Source: Bdellovibrionales bacterium
GTDB taxonomy: Bacteria; Bdellovibrionota; Bdellovibrionia; Bdellovibrionales; UBA840
Assembly: GCA_037969075.1 (NCBI GenBank)
Contig: JBBKWS010000174.1
Location: 1-35,403, forward strand
Reading direction: 5' to 3'
DNA: 35,403 bases
Part shown: positions 26,369 to 35,375 of the stretch, piece by piece
How the letters are laid out: every line of letters starts with the position of its first letter
Numbering within the stretch: position 1 is the stretch's first letter
The notes under the pieces: model-generated
Told to the model about the DNA's origin: nothing
Seen by the model: only the letters and a program-made list of their open reading frames with translations
The model's database searches: none
Translations under genes and position numbers: made by a program

Positions 26369-26920
26369 TTAATTCTCGCAATTGTTATTAAAAAAGAAAT
26401 AATCGTTACAGATTTGTACATCCTCATCGCAATTATAGGTAAAGCCCATCTGACGAGGCTCGCACCTTTTTTCTTTTAATACATCTACGAAAGCCACAAA
26501 TGAACCCGTCCCTACAACCTCTTTCTTTTTAGTAAGAGTGTATTCGATATTATTCTTACCACCGCGCAAGATCGATCTTTGTGTTAATGTGTTTATCCAC
26601 AAATTAAAAGAGCTTTTGCTTTCACCTGTCTCAGCATCAAATTTAGACGATCTTTTTATAGACCCACCACTTTCAAAGCTAGATATTAATTCTACTTTAT
26701 CTGCATCTACTGGACCAGCAGTTACAAACTTATCTCTGATAACTGGGCTTACTAGATCAGCAGCACAGGACACTGTTTTTTGCCTTCTGAAATCGTTATA
26801 ATCTATACAAAGTACATGCGCATAACCAAAAATAGGCTGAACCTCTACCTGATTTCCACGTTTGAAACCCACTTCTGCAAATGTGATGGCAGTCACAATA
26901 CCCATAAGAACTGTTATCAT
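26369..26920 (-). CDS. secreted hypothetical protein with 6 Cys
   Basis: SD AGGAGG, short signal peptide ending TFA, beta-rich sequence. Confidence 0.7.
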   Translation of the reverse strand: MITVLMGIVTAITFAEVGFKRGNQVEVQPIFGYAHVLCIDYNDFRRQKTVSCAADLVSPVIRDKFVTAGPVDADKVELISSFESGGSIKRSSKFDAETGESKSSFNLWINTLTQRSILRGGKNNIEYTLTKKKEVVGTGSFVAFVDVLKEKRCEPRQMGFTYNCDEDVQICNDYFFFNNNCEN

Positions 26921-26950
26921 AGACCCTCCTTGAGCTATAAAATAACTATT

Positions 26951-28870
26951 TTAAAAACCTTTAAATAACTTCTTTAAACCTTTTTTAAGCTGCTCTTTTT
27001 GGCCGTCAGCGGCTGCTCCGCCGCCTGATTTAAGATCCTTCTTAGCTCCGTCTACCTTGGCTTCGAGTTTATCCTTCTCTCCGTCAATTCTTCCGGTGAG
27101 TTTACTTTCTAAGTCTTTAATTCGGCCTTGCACTTTATCTTTTTCGCCCTTAATGCGGCCCTGCACGAAATCTTCTAATTCTTTTTTAGCCGCATCTATC
27201 TTGGCTTGAATCTCGCGCTTAAGGCCTTTTGCCAACTCATCACCAAAGTTTGAGCTAACACGCATATCTAGATCGCTCCAAGTACCTTTAAAGTACCCAT
27301 AGATCGAAACCCAAGGGAGGCCATTAAATACGTTACCTAAAATTTCTTTCACTGTCTTATTTTTTGCCTCTAGCTCAAACTTAGGTTCTTTTAAAAAATT
27401 CTCAAAGTTAACCACTAGTCCATTATCGATCAGACCACCGTTAAAGTTTAAAACTCCAACCGAATCTGCGATAGCAAGCTTTAGATCACTTGAATCAGAT
27501 AATTTCATTTTTCCTACAGGAAATGAAGCTACCTTGATATCAAAGGTTTCTTTTTCATTTTTTGTTGTATGATCTACAACAAAATTTGCATCGATGCCGC
27601 TGATTTTTTGATTCGGAAAATCACCCTTTAACTCTAGCTTTGCTGGCTTTTTAATATGAGTAGGAGCCGTCGTAACATTCGTTAATAGTCCCTGTAAATT
27701 ACCACTGTACGGATTTTCGTTAGCCACTGAAGAAATCTCGGCACGTTTTAGCCAAAACAAAGGGTAGCCAACTGTGATTGGGTACTTAACCGTTTGCCCT
27801 TCTCCGCGCTTTGGTGGAACAATGGGCTCATCCAATTCTGCTTTTTCTTTTTTCTTTGGCATGTATTGTCTTGCCATTTCTGCGTACTTACGAATCCCTA
27901 CGATTTTTGTGTCTATATAAGACATAAAAATGGATTCTGACAGCGACTTACCGTCCACACTTGGAATCTTGAATCTTTTTTGTAAATCAGCGACATCCGC
28001 CTTTACAAGGTCATCAATATCCTTCACCCCTTTTTCAAGAGCTTTGAAATCCGTCTTCATATTTTTAGAAGCATCTTTATAGGCATCTATCGTTTTATCA
28101 GCTTCTTTTAAAATTTTATCAGCTTCTTTTAAATTCTTGATACTTTGAAGAGGATCTTTTGAAGAAAACTTTAATTCTTTAGCTCTTTTCACTAGAGCAT
28201 CTAACTCTTCTGGCTTAGGAAGCTCAGCAATTTTCTTATTCCAAGCTTCTTCTTTTTCTTTAACGAAGCCTTCCATTTCTTTTACGCGTTTTTCTGAAGC
28301 TAGCTCACCTTGCATATTTTTAAGCTGATCTTTTGCATCCACTCCACCTAAAATATTAGCCACATCACCTAGCATGTTTTCTGAATATTTTTTTCTTGTC
28401 TGGGCATAGACCTGTGTTTCTATGTCTTTCATCATACTTGGGCCTTTAGTTTCAACTTTAGGCGGAAGTATTCTTCCTGGACGCTTTCTGGGAGACATTG
28501 CTTCAATACCAATGATACTAGCGTCTTCTACAACAAATTTGGCACGGAGGATGGCATCCCCTAGTAACTTAAAGCGAATCGCCTTAAGAGAAACCATATT
28601 TTTAGTTGGCTCTTCTTTATCCGTCACCTGAATATTACCGAATTCAATACCTGGATTGATAAATGACGACTTCACATAGCCGACATTTACTTCGGCACCA
28701 TGCATCTGTGTACCAACGTATTCTATGGCACTACGTAGATTGGCATCAAAAAATATTTTAAAATACACGCCGACTAGGACAATAATAATAGTTATCGGTA
28801 CGACCGCTTCCCAGCGAATAGGACCTTTAACTTTGGGCTTTTTTGGTGTCTTAACTTTTGTTGTATTCAT
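26951..28870 (-). CDS. TIGR03545-like protein (AsmA-like N-terminus, long coiled coils)
   Basis: IRW + TM helix + GAEVNVG...GNIQVTD, then coiled coil and RGEG...P.FWLKRAEIS...TTAP; follows a DUF2062-like gene. Start 28870 or 28894. Confidence 0.75.
   Translation of the reverse strand: MNTTKVKTPKKPKVKGPIRWEAVVPITIIIVLVGVYFKIFFDANLRSAIEYVGTQMHGAEVNVGYVKSSFINPGIEFGNIQVTDKEEPTKNMVSLKAIRFKLLGDAILRAKFVVEDASIIGIEAMSPRKRPGRILPPKVETKGPSMMKDIETQVYAQTRKKYSENMLGDVANILGGVDAKDQLKNMQGELASEKRVKEMEGFVKEKEEAWNKKIAELPKPEELDALVKRAKELKFSSKDPLQSIKNLKEADKILKEADKTIDAYKDASKNMKTDFKALEKGVKDIDDLVKADVADLQKRFKIPSVDGKSLSESIFMSYIDTKIVGIRKYAEMARQYMPKKKEKAELDEPIVPPKRGEGQTVKYPITVGYPLFWLKRAEISSVANENPYSGNLQGLLTNVTTAPTHIKKPAKLELKGDFPNQKISGIDANFVVDHTTKNEKETFDIKVASFPVGKMKLSDSSDLKLAIADSVGVLNFNGGLIDNGLVVNFENFLKEPKFELEAKNKTVKEILGNVFNGLPWVSIYGYFKGTWSDLDMRVSSNFGDELAKGLKREIQAKIDAAKKELEDFVQGRIKGEKDKVQGRIKDLESKLTGRIDGEKDKLEAKVDGAKKDLKSGGGAAADGQKEQLKKGLKKLFKGF
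28093..28133. repeat. 21-bp tandem duplication in coding sequence
   Basis: TTTTATCAGCTTCTTTTAAA occurs twice with a 21-bp period and encodes LKEADKI-LKEADKT. Confidence 0.8.
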
Positions 28871-28874
28871 ATCG

Positions 28875-29399
28875 CTACCACTCGTATTGTTCATATTTAT
28901 AGTACCATTTGTAAAGTGACGTAGCCTGCATTGCCTTCCACGCCTTTGTTTGTTTTAAGCGAGCTAAAAACACAACTCGGTATTTACTAACCATAAATTT
29001 TGCAAAGAAATATATAAAAGGAGATAAGGCAAATGCCACAACACCTGAGCCCATCACAACCGTATTGTTAAAACGCGTGAATGGAATGATTGGCATATTA
29101 TAAAGACTTGTAAAAAAACCTTGTAAACTTGAAGCAGTAAGTACCATCTCTCCAACTATGTGAAAGACTGGATCTAGTAAGTAAGCCGGAAACGCAAAAA
29201 AGAAGGCTGCCAACAGCGCTGCTGCTATTTGGATGCGAAATACTAATAAAAATAATATCAGTAATATACTTTGCAGTGAAAATGACGGCGTCATTCCTAA
29301 AATAAATCCTGCCGCAACGCCTGCAGATATCTGATTGGTGCCTGTTTCAGAGTTAAGAAGCTTAATGAACTGAAATAATTGCTTTAAAATCAATGACAT
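28875..29399 (-). CDS. TIGR03546 / DUF2062-like membrane protein
   Basis: LNSETGTNQISAG...LGMTP, LLDPVFHIVG and LYNMPIIPFTRFNNTVVMGS motifs. Confidence 0.8.
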   Translation of the reverse strand: MSLILKQLFQFIKLLNSETGTNQISAGVAAGFILGMTPSFSLQSILLILFLLVFRIQIAAALLAAFFFAFPAYLLDPVFHIVGEMVLTASSLQGFFTSLYNMPIIPFTRFNNTVVMGSGVVAFALSPFIYFFAKFMVSKYRVVFLARLKQTKAWKAMQATSLYKWYYKYEQYEW

Positions 29400-29539
29400 G
29401 GTGAATTTCCTCTTATGCCTATTAGTCTATGGGGCAATGAATACTAGGTATAGCGATATTGCATAGCGTAGTAGCTTGTTTATGTAGCGATTGACTCCAC
29501 GACTGCTTTGACAAAGTATTCCCATCATAGGGGGAACCA

Positions 29540-30736
29540 ATGAACATATTTTTACTAATTATAACTTCGTTATTCGCAAGCTCTGACTATCCTGTAGACA
29601 TTTTGCCGGATTCACCGGGCTATGTGTACCAAGCTTTACAACAAGGCTTAAACAAAGAAAATTCGCCTGCAATAAGACAAGCAATAGCCGCAGGAAACAA
29701 AAACTTAAACTGGCTAAAATACATGAATGAAGTTAGAACTTCTGACGATCAAATTGCTCTTACTAAGCCCGGCGAGCTAACTAGCTATCCGATTGAATCT
29801 CCTAGTATTTACAACGAGAAGATCATTGGCGACAAATACAACGCTATTCTTGCAGAAATTCCAGCCGCAATGAGAGACATCATTTTTGGAACAGCCGCAA
29901 TGACTCGTGAACCTGGAATAGAGATGAGTGAATACATCGCTTGGGCTAAACAAGTAGACCGTGTTTACCAAAGCGCAAATCGCTGGAGCTTAATGCAGCC
30001 AAATTTATTTTACTATAAAATGAATAGCTATAGAGACATGCGTGGCTACTATATGCTTAGCAAAGAAGAAAACTTGTCTGAAAAATTAGACCAGTTCTCA
30101 AATCTTTCTGCGGAAACGCAAGCTGCATACAAAACGTATTTAGTTGGTGTTTGTGCTAACGCAAAAGTGCTGGTCTCTACTTGCAAAAGACAATTGGACC
30201 AGGATATTTCAGCAAATTTAGTAAATAACTTTTACCAGAAGTACTTACCTACATCTACGAACTTATGGAACAGCTACTTTAAGATTTCGCCGTTTCGTCG
30301 TGACATCGATTGGACAAGCGCCAATCCAAATATAGCAACAGTGCCAGTTAGAAATACGAGCCCAGAGATTCAAAATTTCTTACTAGTAAATATCGAAGAC
30401 GAATGGAAGTGGAACGATTGGCAATTACGCTTAAACTTTACAAGAGATGCAGCTATTCATGTAGAGTTTCAACCTAATGTTACTCCGCATGTAAGCGGTC
30501 AGAATACAATTGTGATGGATGAAAACACACCGCTTACTGAGTGGGATGTGATGTGGACCATCAGACATGAGTTTGGTCACACACTTGGCTTTACAGACTG
30601 TTACGTTGAGTTTTATGATTCTGAACTTGAGGCTATGGTTAATTACCAACTAGACATCAAAAACATGATGTGTAGCCGTGCCGGTACGATGCTAGAAACG
30701 CATTATCAAGAGATGAAGTCAGCATATCTTAAATAA
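29540..30736 (+). CDS. secreted metzincin-type zinc metallopeptidase
   Basis: Signal peptide; HEFGHTLGFTD (HExxHxxGxxD) followed by a Met-turn-like NMMC. Confidence 0.75.
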   Translation: MNIFLLIITSLFASSDYPVDILPDSPGYVYQALQQGLNKENSPAIRQAIAAGNKNLNWLKYMNEVRTSDDQIALTKPGELTSYPIESPSIYNEKIIGDKYNAILAEIPAAMRDIIFGTAAMTREPGIEMSEYIAWAKQVDRVYQSANRWSLMQPNLFYYKMNSYRDMRGYYMLSKEENLSEKLDQFSNLSAETQAAYKTYLVGVCANAKVLVSTCKRQLDQDISANLVNNFYQKYLPTSTNLWNSYFKISPFRRDIDWTSANPNIATVPVRNTSPEIQNFLLVNIEDEWKWNDWQLRLNFTRDAAIHVEFQPNVTPHVSGQNTIVMDENTPLTEWDVMWTIRHEFGHTLGFTDCYVEFYDSELEAMVNYQLDIKNMMCSRAGTMLETHYQEMKSAYLK

Positions 30737-30756
30737 GGATTCTTGAGTTCGTACTC

Positions 30757-30788
30757 AAAAAGCTCGCTATTTATAGCGGGCTTTTTTT
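30757..30788. terminator. bidirectional intrinsic terminator
   Basis: AAAAAGCTCGCTAT..ATAGCGGGCTTTTTTT between convergent genes. Confidence 0.85.
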
Positions 30789-32967
30789 ATACTCTTTCTA
30801 CCCCGATAATACCTTTGATGGTCTGAATTTTTTGAATTAGTAGCGATAGATGCTGCAAGTCTTTTACGTTTACATCGAAGTGGTAAACGGCTTTTTGATC
30901 TTTGGTGGTTCTAACTTTTGCGGTCAAAATGTTTGCGTTAGCAAGTGTAAAGGCTTCGGAAATTTTAAATAAAAACCCTGGCTTATCCAAAGATACAATT
31001 CTTAACTGAGCATGCGCCCAACCTTTAGATTCTTTTGTCCAAGATACTTCAACTTCTCTTTTGGTATCGATCTCAAACACTTTATCACAAGCAGCATTGT
31101 GTACCGTCACCCCCCTACCGCGAGAGATAAATCCAATGATTGGGTCTCCTGGAATTGGTGTGCAGCATTTAGCGTAGCGAACAAGAACGTCGCTCATACC
31201 GTCTACCGTAATGATTGAATCTTTCTTTTTACCGGACACGGATTTAAATACTTTGCCTATAAAAGTTTCGGCTTCAGGCGTTGTTTCTTGTTTTTTCCAA
31301 TCAGGAATTACAGCATCAAATAAATGCTCCATACTGTTCTTGCCATAACCTAAATTAATAAAAAATTCATCGATAGAATTAGCACCTATCTTTTTTAGAA
31401 ATTTATCAAATTCTGGTAGTTTATAGATCTTTGCACTTTGCCCAACCCTACGAAGCTCTCGGTCAGCAATCTCTTTTCCGAGCTCCATGGATCTTGCTCG
31501 CTCTTCGATTCTAACATGCGCCCTGATTTTTCCTTTAGCTTTTGATGTAATACAAAATTTAAGCCAATCTTTATTAGGGCTCTGAGCAGGAGAAGTTAAA
31601 ATTTCAACCTTGTCCCCACTTTTTAATTTATGTTTTAGAGGAACGATCTTTCCATTTACTTTTGCTCCGGTACAGTGATGTCCCACATCTGTGTGAACCG
31701 CGTACGCAAAATCCACAGGAGTCGAGCCATCAGGTAATTCTCTTACTTCACCTGCAGGAGTAAACACATAGATCTCTGCTTCGAAGAGATCTGTCTTAAT
31801 GCTCTCTAAATATTCCCCCGCATCTTGGGTCGCAGCTGTGAGCATATCTCTAAGCCAAGTAAATTTTTTCTCTGATACAATATCAATCTTACCCTTTTCT
31901 TTATACTTCCAATGGGCTGCGATACCGCGCTCGGCGATCAAGTGCATTTCGTGAGTTTTAATTTGAATTTCAATTTGTTCTGCATCTGGTCCAATCACTG
32001 TGGTGTGAAGAGATTGGTAATTGTTTGATTTTGCAAGAGCGATATAATCTTTAAATCTACCTGGAACAGGCTTCCAAACGGAGTGGACGATACCTAACAC
32101 TTGATAACAATCGGTAATACTTTCGGTTAAAATACGAAAACCTAAGAGATCGAAGATTTGATCGAATTCTAAGTTTTTACCTTCCATTTTTTTATAAATA
32201 GAAAAAAAGTGTTTCGATCTACCTTCAATATCAGCTTTGATTCCCTGCTTTTCTAAATATTCGTTAATTTCTTTGTTTACGTCATCAACATACTTTTCGC
32301 GCTCTTTCTTTTTCTTTTGTACTTTTTGAACAAGGTCATAATAAATATCGGGGCGTAAGTATCTAAAGCTTAAATCTTCTAATTCTGTTTTGATCGATGA
32401 AATTCCCAGGCGGTTTGCAAGAGGAGCGTAGATATCTAGAGTCTCTTGCGCGATACGTTCTTGCTTGTGGTAAGGCATATGAGAGAGGGTTCGCATATTG
32501 TGAAGGCGATCCGCTAGCTTTACTAGAATCACCCGGATGTCTTTACCCATGGCGATGATCATTTTACGAATGTTCTCGCCTTGCTTTTCGTGGGTGTTAC
32601 GAAAGGCCATTTGAGAAATCTTAGTAACTCCGTCGACTAATTCGGCCACATCTTTGCCGAATTCTTTTTCAATATCTTCTAGTTTTACTGAGGTGTCTTC
32701 GACCGTGTCGTGCAGAAGACCTGCAATGATGGAGGATTGGTCTAAACCAAGATCACAAAGAATACCTGCAACACCGATAGGATGAGTGAAATAGGGCTCC
32801 CCACTTCTGCGAACTTGCCCAAGGTGAGCTTTTTCGCCAAACTCAAATGCTTTTGTAATGGTATCTTTAGATGTATTTGTTGCGAAGGCAGAGACGCGTT
32901 CCAAAAGTTCCGCAAGGTTCTTTGGTGATTCTTCACTGACTTTTTCAAGTACGCGCTCTAATGCCAT
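30787..32967 (-). CDS. spoT: bifunctional (p)ppGpp synthetase/hydrolase (Rel/SpoT)
   Basis: Intact HD hydrolase motif (LLHDTVED), synthetase core (GRSK, YQSLHT, EIQIKT), TGS, CC (CCTPIPGD) and ACT domains. Confidence 0.93.
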   Translation of the reverse strand: MALERVLEKVSEESPKNLAELLERVSAFATNTSKDTITKAFEFGEKAHLGQVRRSGEPYFTHPIGVAGILCDLGLDQSSIIAGLLHDTVEDTSVKLEDIEKEFGKDVAELVDGVTKISQMAFRNTHEKQGENIRKMIIAMGKDIRVILVKLADRLHNMRTLSHMPYHKQERIAQETLDIYAPLANRLGISSIKTELEDLSFRYLRPDIYYDLVQKVQKKKKEREKYVDDVNKEINEYLEKQGIKADIEGRSKHFFSIYKKMEGKNLEFDQIFDLLGFRILTESITDCYQVLGIVHSVWKPVPGRFKDYIALAKSNNYQSLHTTVIGPDAEQIEIQIKTHEMHLIAERGIAAHWKYKEKGKIDIVSEKKFTWLRDMLTAATQDAGEYLESIKTDLFEAEIYVFTPAGEVRELPDGSTPVDFAYAVHTDVGHHCTGAKVNGKIVPLKHKLKSGDKVEILTSPAQSPNKDWLKFCITSKAKGKIRAHVRIEERARSMELGKEIADRELRRVGQSAKIYKLPEFDKFLKKIGANSIDEFFINLGYGKNSMEHLFDAVIPDWKKQETTPEAETFIGKVFKSVSGKKKDSIITVDGMSDVLVRYAKCCTPIPGDPIIGFISRGRGVTVHNAACDKVFEIDTKREVEVSWTKESKGWAHAQLRIVSLDKPGFLFKISEAFTLANANILTAKVRTTKDQKAVYHFDVNVKDLQHLSLLIQKIQTIKGIIGVERV

Positions 32968-33033
32968 AAGTTCCGTAGATTCCTAGATGCAATCCTAAAT
33001 TCTTATGACTTAATCGGAATTTTAATAGAAAAA

Positions 33034-33273
33034 TTAACGGTTTAAGTCGCTTTCGATTTGCTTTTGTGGATCACCTAGACTCAAGTCTGGAGTAAAATAC
33101 ACGTGACCAGCTGCTACTTCACGTAAAGCTGTAACGATTTCTTTGTTTCCCTTAGTTTTAACTATAGGAAGTGAGCCTTTGATAATTTGCTTAGCGCGTT
33201 TTGCCACAAGCATTACAAGAGAGAAACGATTAAAAGTTTTGTCTAAACAATCTTCAACGGTTACACGAGCCAC
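33034..33273 (-). CDS. rpoZ: RNA polymerase omega subunit
   Basis: [10 protein letters not shown]...NRFSLV...KRAKQ...ALREVA; GTG start with GGAGG SD. Confidence 0.95.
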   Translation of the reverse strand: MARVTVEDCLDKTFNRFSLVMLVAKRAKQIIKGSLPIVKTKGNKEIVTALREVAAGHVYFTPDLSLGDPQKQIESDLNR

Positions 33274-33302
33274 AAAAACCTCCTAAGCAGCCGAAAGTAA
33301 TA

Positions 33303-33863
33303 CTATTTTTTAGACTCGCCGGCAATGACTTTTTGAAACTGCTTAAATGCCCTCTCAAAGTCATCATTTACGATCTGGTAGTCGAATTTGGGGGCAGCTA
33401 GCATCTCATCCACCGCATTGGCGAGTCTGAGCTCTAGGTTGGTCTTTTCGGTTTGATCTCTTTTTTGCAGTCTGCGACGAAGCTCTTCGATTGAGGGAGG
33501 TAAAATAAAGACCGTTAGTGCGTCAGAATAGTACTTTTTCATTCGCCATGCGCCTTTTACATCAAGGTCCATCACCACCTGCATACCTTTGGCCCAAATA
33601 TCTTCTAGATCTTTTTTGGAGGTTCCATAGTAGTTTTCATGCACTTTTGCCCATTCGATAAAGAAATCCTCTTTGATTTTTGTCTCAAAGTCTTCGTTAG
33701 TAATAAAGTGATAGGGTTTTCCTTGGCGCTCCGAAGCTCTGGGCGCACGAGTGGTGTAGGATACCGAGTGTACTAAGTTCGCATCCTGTTCTACGGCTCT
33801 CTCTAGAAATGTTGACTTGCCCGCCCCGCTAGGAGCTACAAGTATTATCAGTCGTGACTTCAT
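33303..33863 (-). CDS. gmk: guanylate kinase
   Basis: APSGAGKST, SYTTRAPR, YYGT and FILPPS motifs. Confidence 0.95.
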   Translation of the reverse strand: MKSRLIILVAPSGAGKSTFLERAVEQDANLVHSVSYTTRAPRASERQGKPYHFITNEDFETKIKEDFFIEWAKVHENYYGTSKKDLEDIWAKGMQVVMDLDVKGAWRMKKYYSDALTVFILPPSIEELRRRLQKRDQTEKTNLELRLANAVDEMLAAPKFDYQIVNDDFERAFKQFQKVIAGESKK

Positions 33864-34729
33864 TCTAAGTTTTGTACTAGCTCTCTTACTCTTTCAATAT
33901 GGCATTTAATATTTACAATTGCACTTGTTATTTCAGCTACTTGGGCTTTTGAGCCGATGGTGTTGGCTTCTCTTAAGAGTTCTTGTGTATAGAAATCCAG
34001 TTTTTTGCCATTATCTTCAGCTAAAAATCTTTCAAACGATTGGATGTGCTCTTTAAGACGTACGATCTCTTCATGGATATCTGTTCGATCCATATGAATG
34101 ACGATCTCTTGTTGAATTCTTTGTGGGTCGATTTCGACCGTTTCAGACAGCGCCTTGATCCGATCTTGGTATTTACTCTTTAATTGATCTCCTACTGAAG
34201 ACCTTAGTGCCTCGATTTTTTTTAAATCTACCAACATTAAGCCTAATAATTTTTTTAATTCGGTTACGATGCTTTTTCCTTCTCGGGCTTTTTCATCTTG
34301 ATGAGATTTTAGGGCCTTTTCTAGAGAGGAAAACACATCTTTTTTATCTTTATCTGTTAAATTTTTTGTCTCAATGACTTGGATCGGATTTACCACTTTT
34401 AGGATGTGATCTAGATTGATTTTTTGGGTGTCCCCAATTTTTTTAGCAATCGCTTGCAGCGCTTTTTTAGCTTCCATCGCGATATTCATTTGAGTGGTGA
34501 GTTCGGATTTTTTTTCGCCAGTAAAACGACGATATAATGAGACATCCACATTGCCTCTACGAATGTATTTTTGGATTCGCTTTCTGATCTCCCCTTCTAG
34601 CTCGGCCATATCAGAGGGAAGATGACACCTAAGATCTAAAAACCGTGAGTTTAGGGATTTGATACGAATCTCAAGAACATGGTCCTTTTGTTTCAATTCT
34701 AAACTAGCAAAACCGGTCATGCTCTTCAT
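33860..34729 (-). CDS. yicC: YicC/YloC family endoribonuclease
   Basis: MKSMTGF, KSLNSRFLD, RRGNVD and GKKLDFYTQELLREANTIGSK...ELVQNLE motifs. Confidence 0.92.
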   Translation of the reverse strand: MKSMTGFASLELKQKDHVLEIRIKSLNSRFLDLRCHLPSDMAELEGEIRKRIQKYIRRGNVDVSLYRRFTGEKKSELTTQMNIAMEAKKALQAIAKKIGDTQKINLDHILKVVNPIQVIETKNLTDKDKKDVFSSLEKALKSHQDEKAREGKSIVTELKKLLGLMLVDLKKIEALRSSVGDQLKSKYQDRIKALSETVEIDPQRIQQEIVIHMDRTDIHEEIVRLKEHIQSFERFLAEDNGKKLDFYTQELLREANTIGSKAQVAEITSAIVNIKCHIERVRELVQNLE

Positions 34730-34859
34730 TTTTCCTCCGCGTGTATTATACTTGTACCACTTTGAGATTTTCTGACCAAGGTCTAAAGTTAGACTTTTTT
34801 TAGACCGACAAAGGTATAGGACTTTTTAAGACAGCACTAGAGTCAGCGAGGTATGCATT

Positions 34860-35153
34860 ATGAAAGTAACTGAGGTAAAAATCTTTCCTGTAAATGAGGA
34901 TCGTCTAAAAGCTTACGTAACTATCGTTATTGATAATTGTTTCGTGGTAAGAGACCTAAAGGTCATCCTAGGGAATACAGGCCTGTTTGTGGCTATGCCG
35001 AGTAAAAAGAAAAAAGATGGTACCTTTAAAGATATCGCTCACCCATTGGATGCGAATACCCGAGAAGAATTAGAAAAATTGATCTTTGATGAGTATGAAA
35101 CTGTGGTGCGCGGAATTGGCGGAACACTAGATGAGATCGAAAAAGCCAAGTAA
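34860..35153 (+). CDS. spoVG: SpoVG family nucleic-acid-binding regulator
   Basis: MKVTEVKI...LKAYVTI..DNCFVVRDLKVI.G..GLFVAMPS...FKDIAHP. Confidence 0.95.
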   Translation: MKVTEVKIFPVNEDRLKAYVTIVIDNCFVVRDLKVILGNTGLFVAMPSKKKKDGTFKDIAHPLDANTREELEKLIFDEYETVVRGIGGTLDEIEKAK

Positions 35154-35180
35154 AAAAGAAAATGCTATTGCCATTGTCTT

Positions 35181-35209
35181 AAGCACTGCCCAAAAAGCAG
35201 TGCTTTTTT
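35181..35209 (+). terminator. intrinsic terminator after spoVG
   Basis: AAGCACTGC-CCAAAAA-GCAGTGCTTTTTT. Confidence 0.8.
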
Positions 35210-35293
35210 AATTACATACCTCCAGTAAAACCAGAAAAATTCTTGCCTTGCTACAAGCAATCAGGTTAATTTGGCCTTTGAAATCACGCGTAT

Positions 35294-35368
35294 TGGGGTG
35301 TCGACAAGCGGTAAGTCAAGAGGTTTTGATCCTCTCATTCGCAGGTTCGAATCCTGCCACCCCATCCA
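35294..35368 (+). tRNA. tRNA-Gln (anticodon UUG)
   Basis: Acceptor stem TGGGGTG/CACCCCA, D arm GAC..GTC, anticodon arm AGAGG-TTTTGAT-CCTCT, T arm GCAGG-TTCGAAT-CCTGC, encoded CCA. Confidence 0.96.
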
Positions 35369-35375
35369 AATAAAC

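Noticed and set aside
1434..32948. Short ORFs nested in or overlapping longer genes, mostly antisense (e.g. 1434, 1848, 3556, 5144, 6907, 7674, 8328, 10532, 11513, 12668, 14620, 17472, 19178, 21856, 26037, 26538, 26780, 28422, 28725, 29777, 30431, 31012, 32742)
   Set aside because: Shadow ORFs of well-supported genes, with no motifs or SD of their own.
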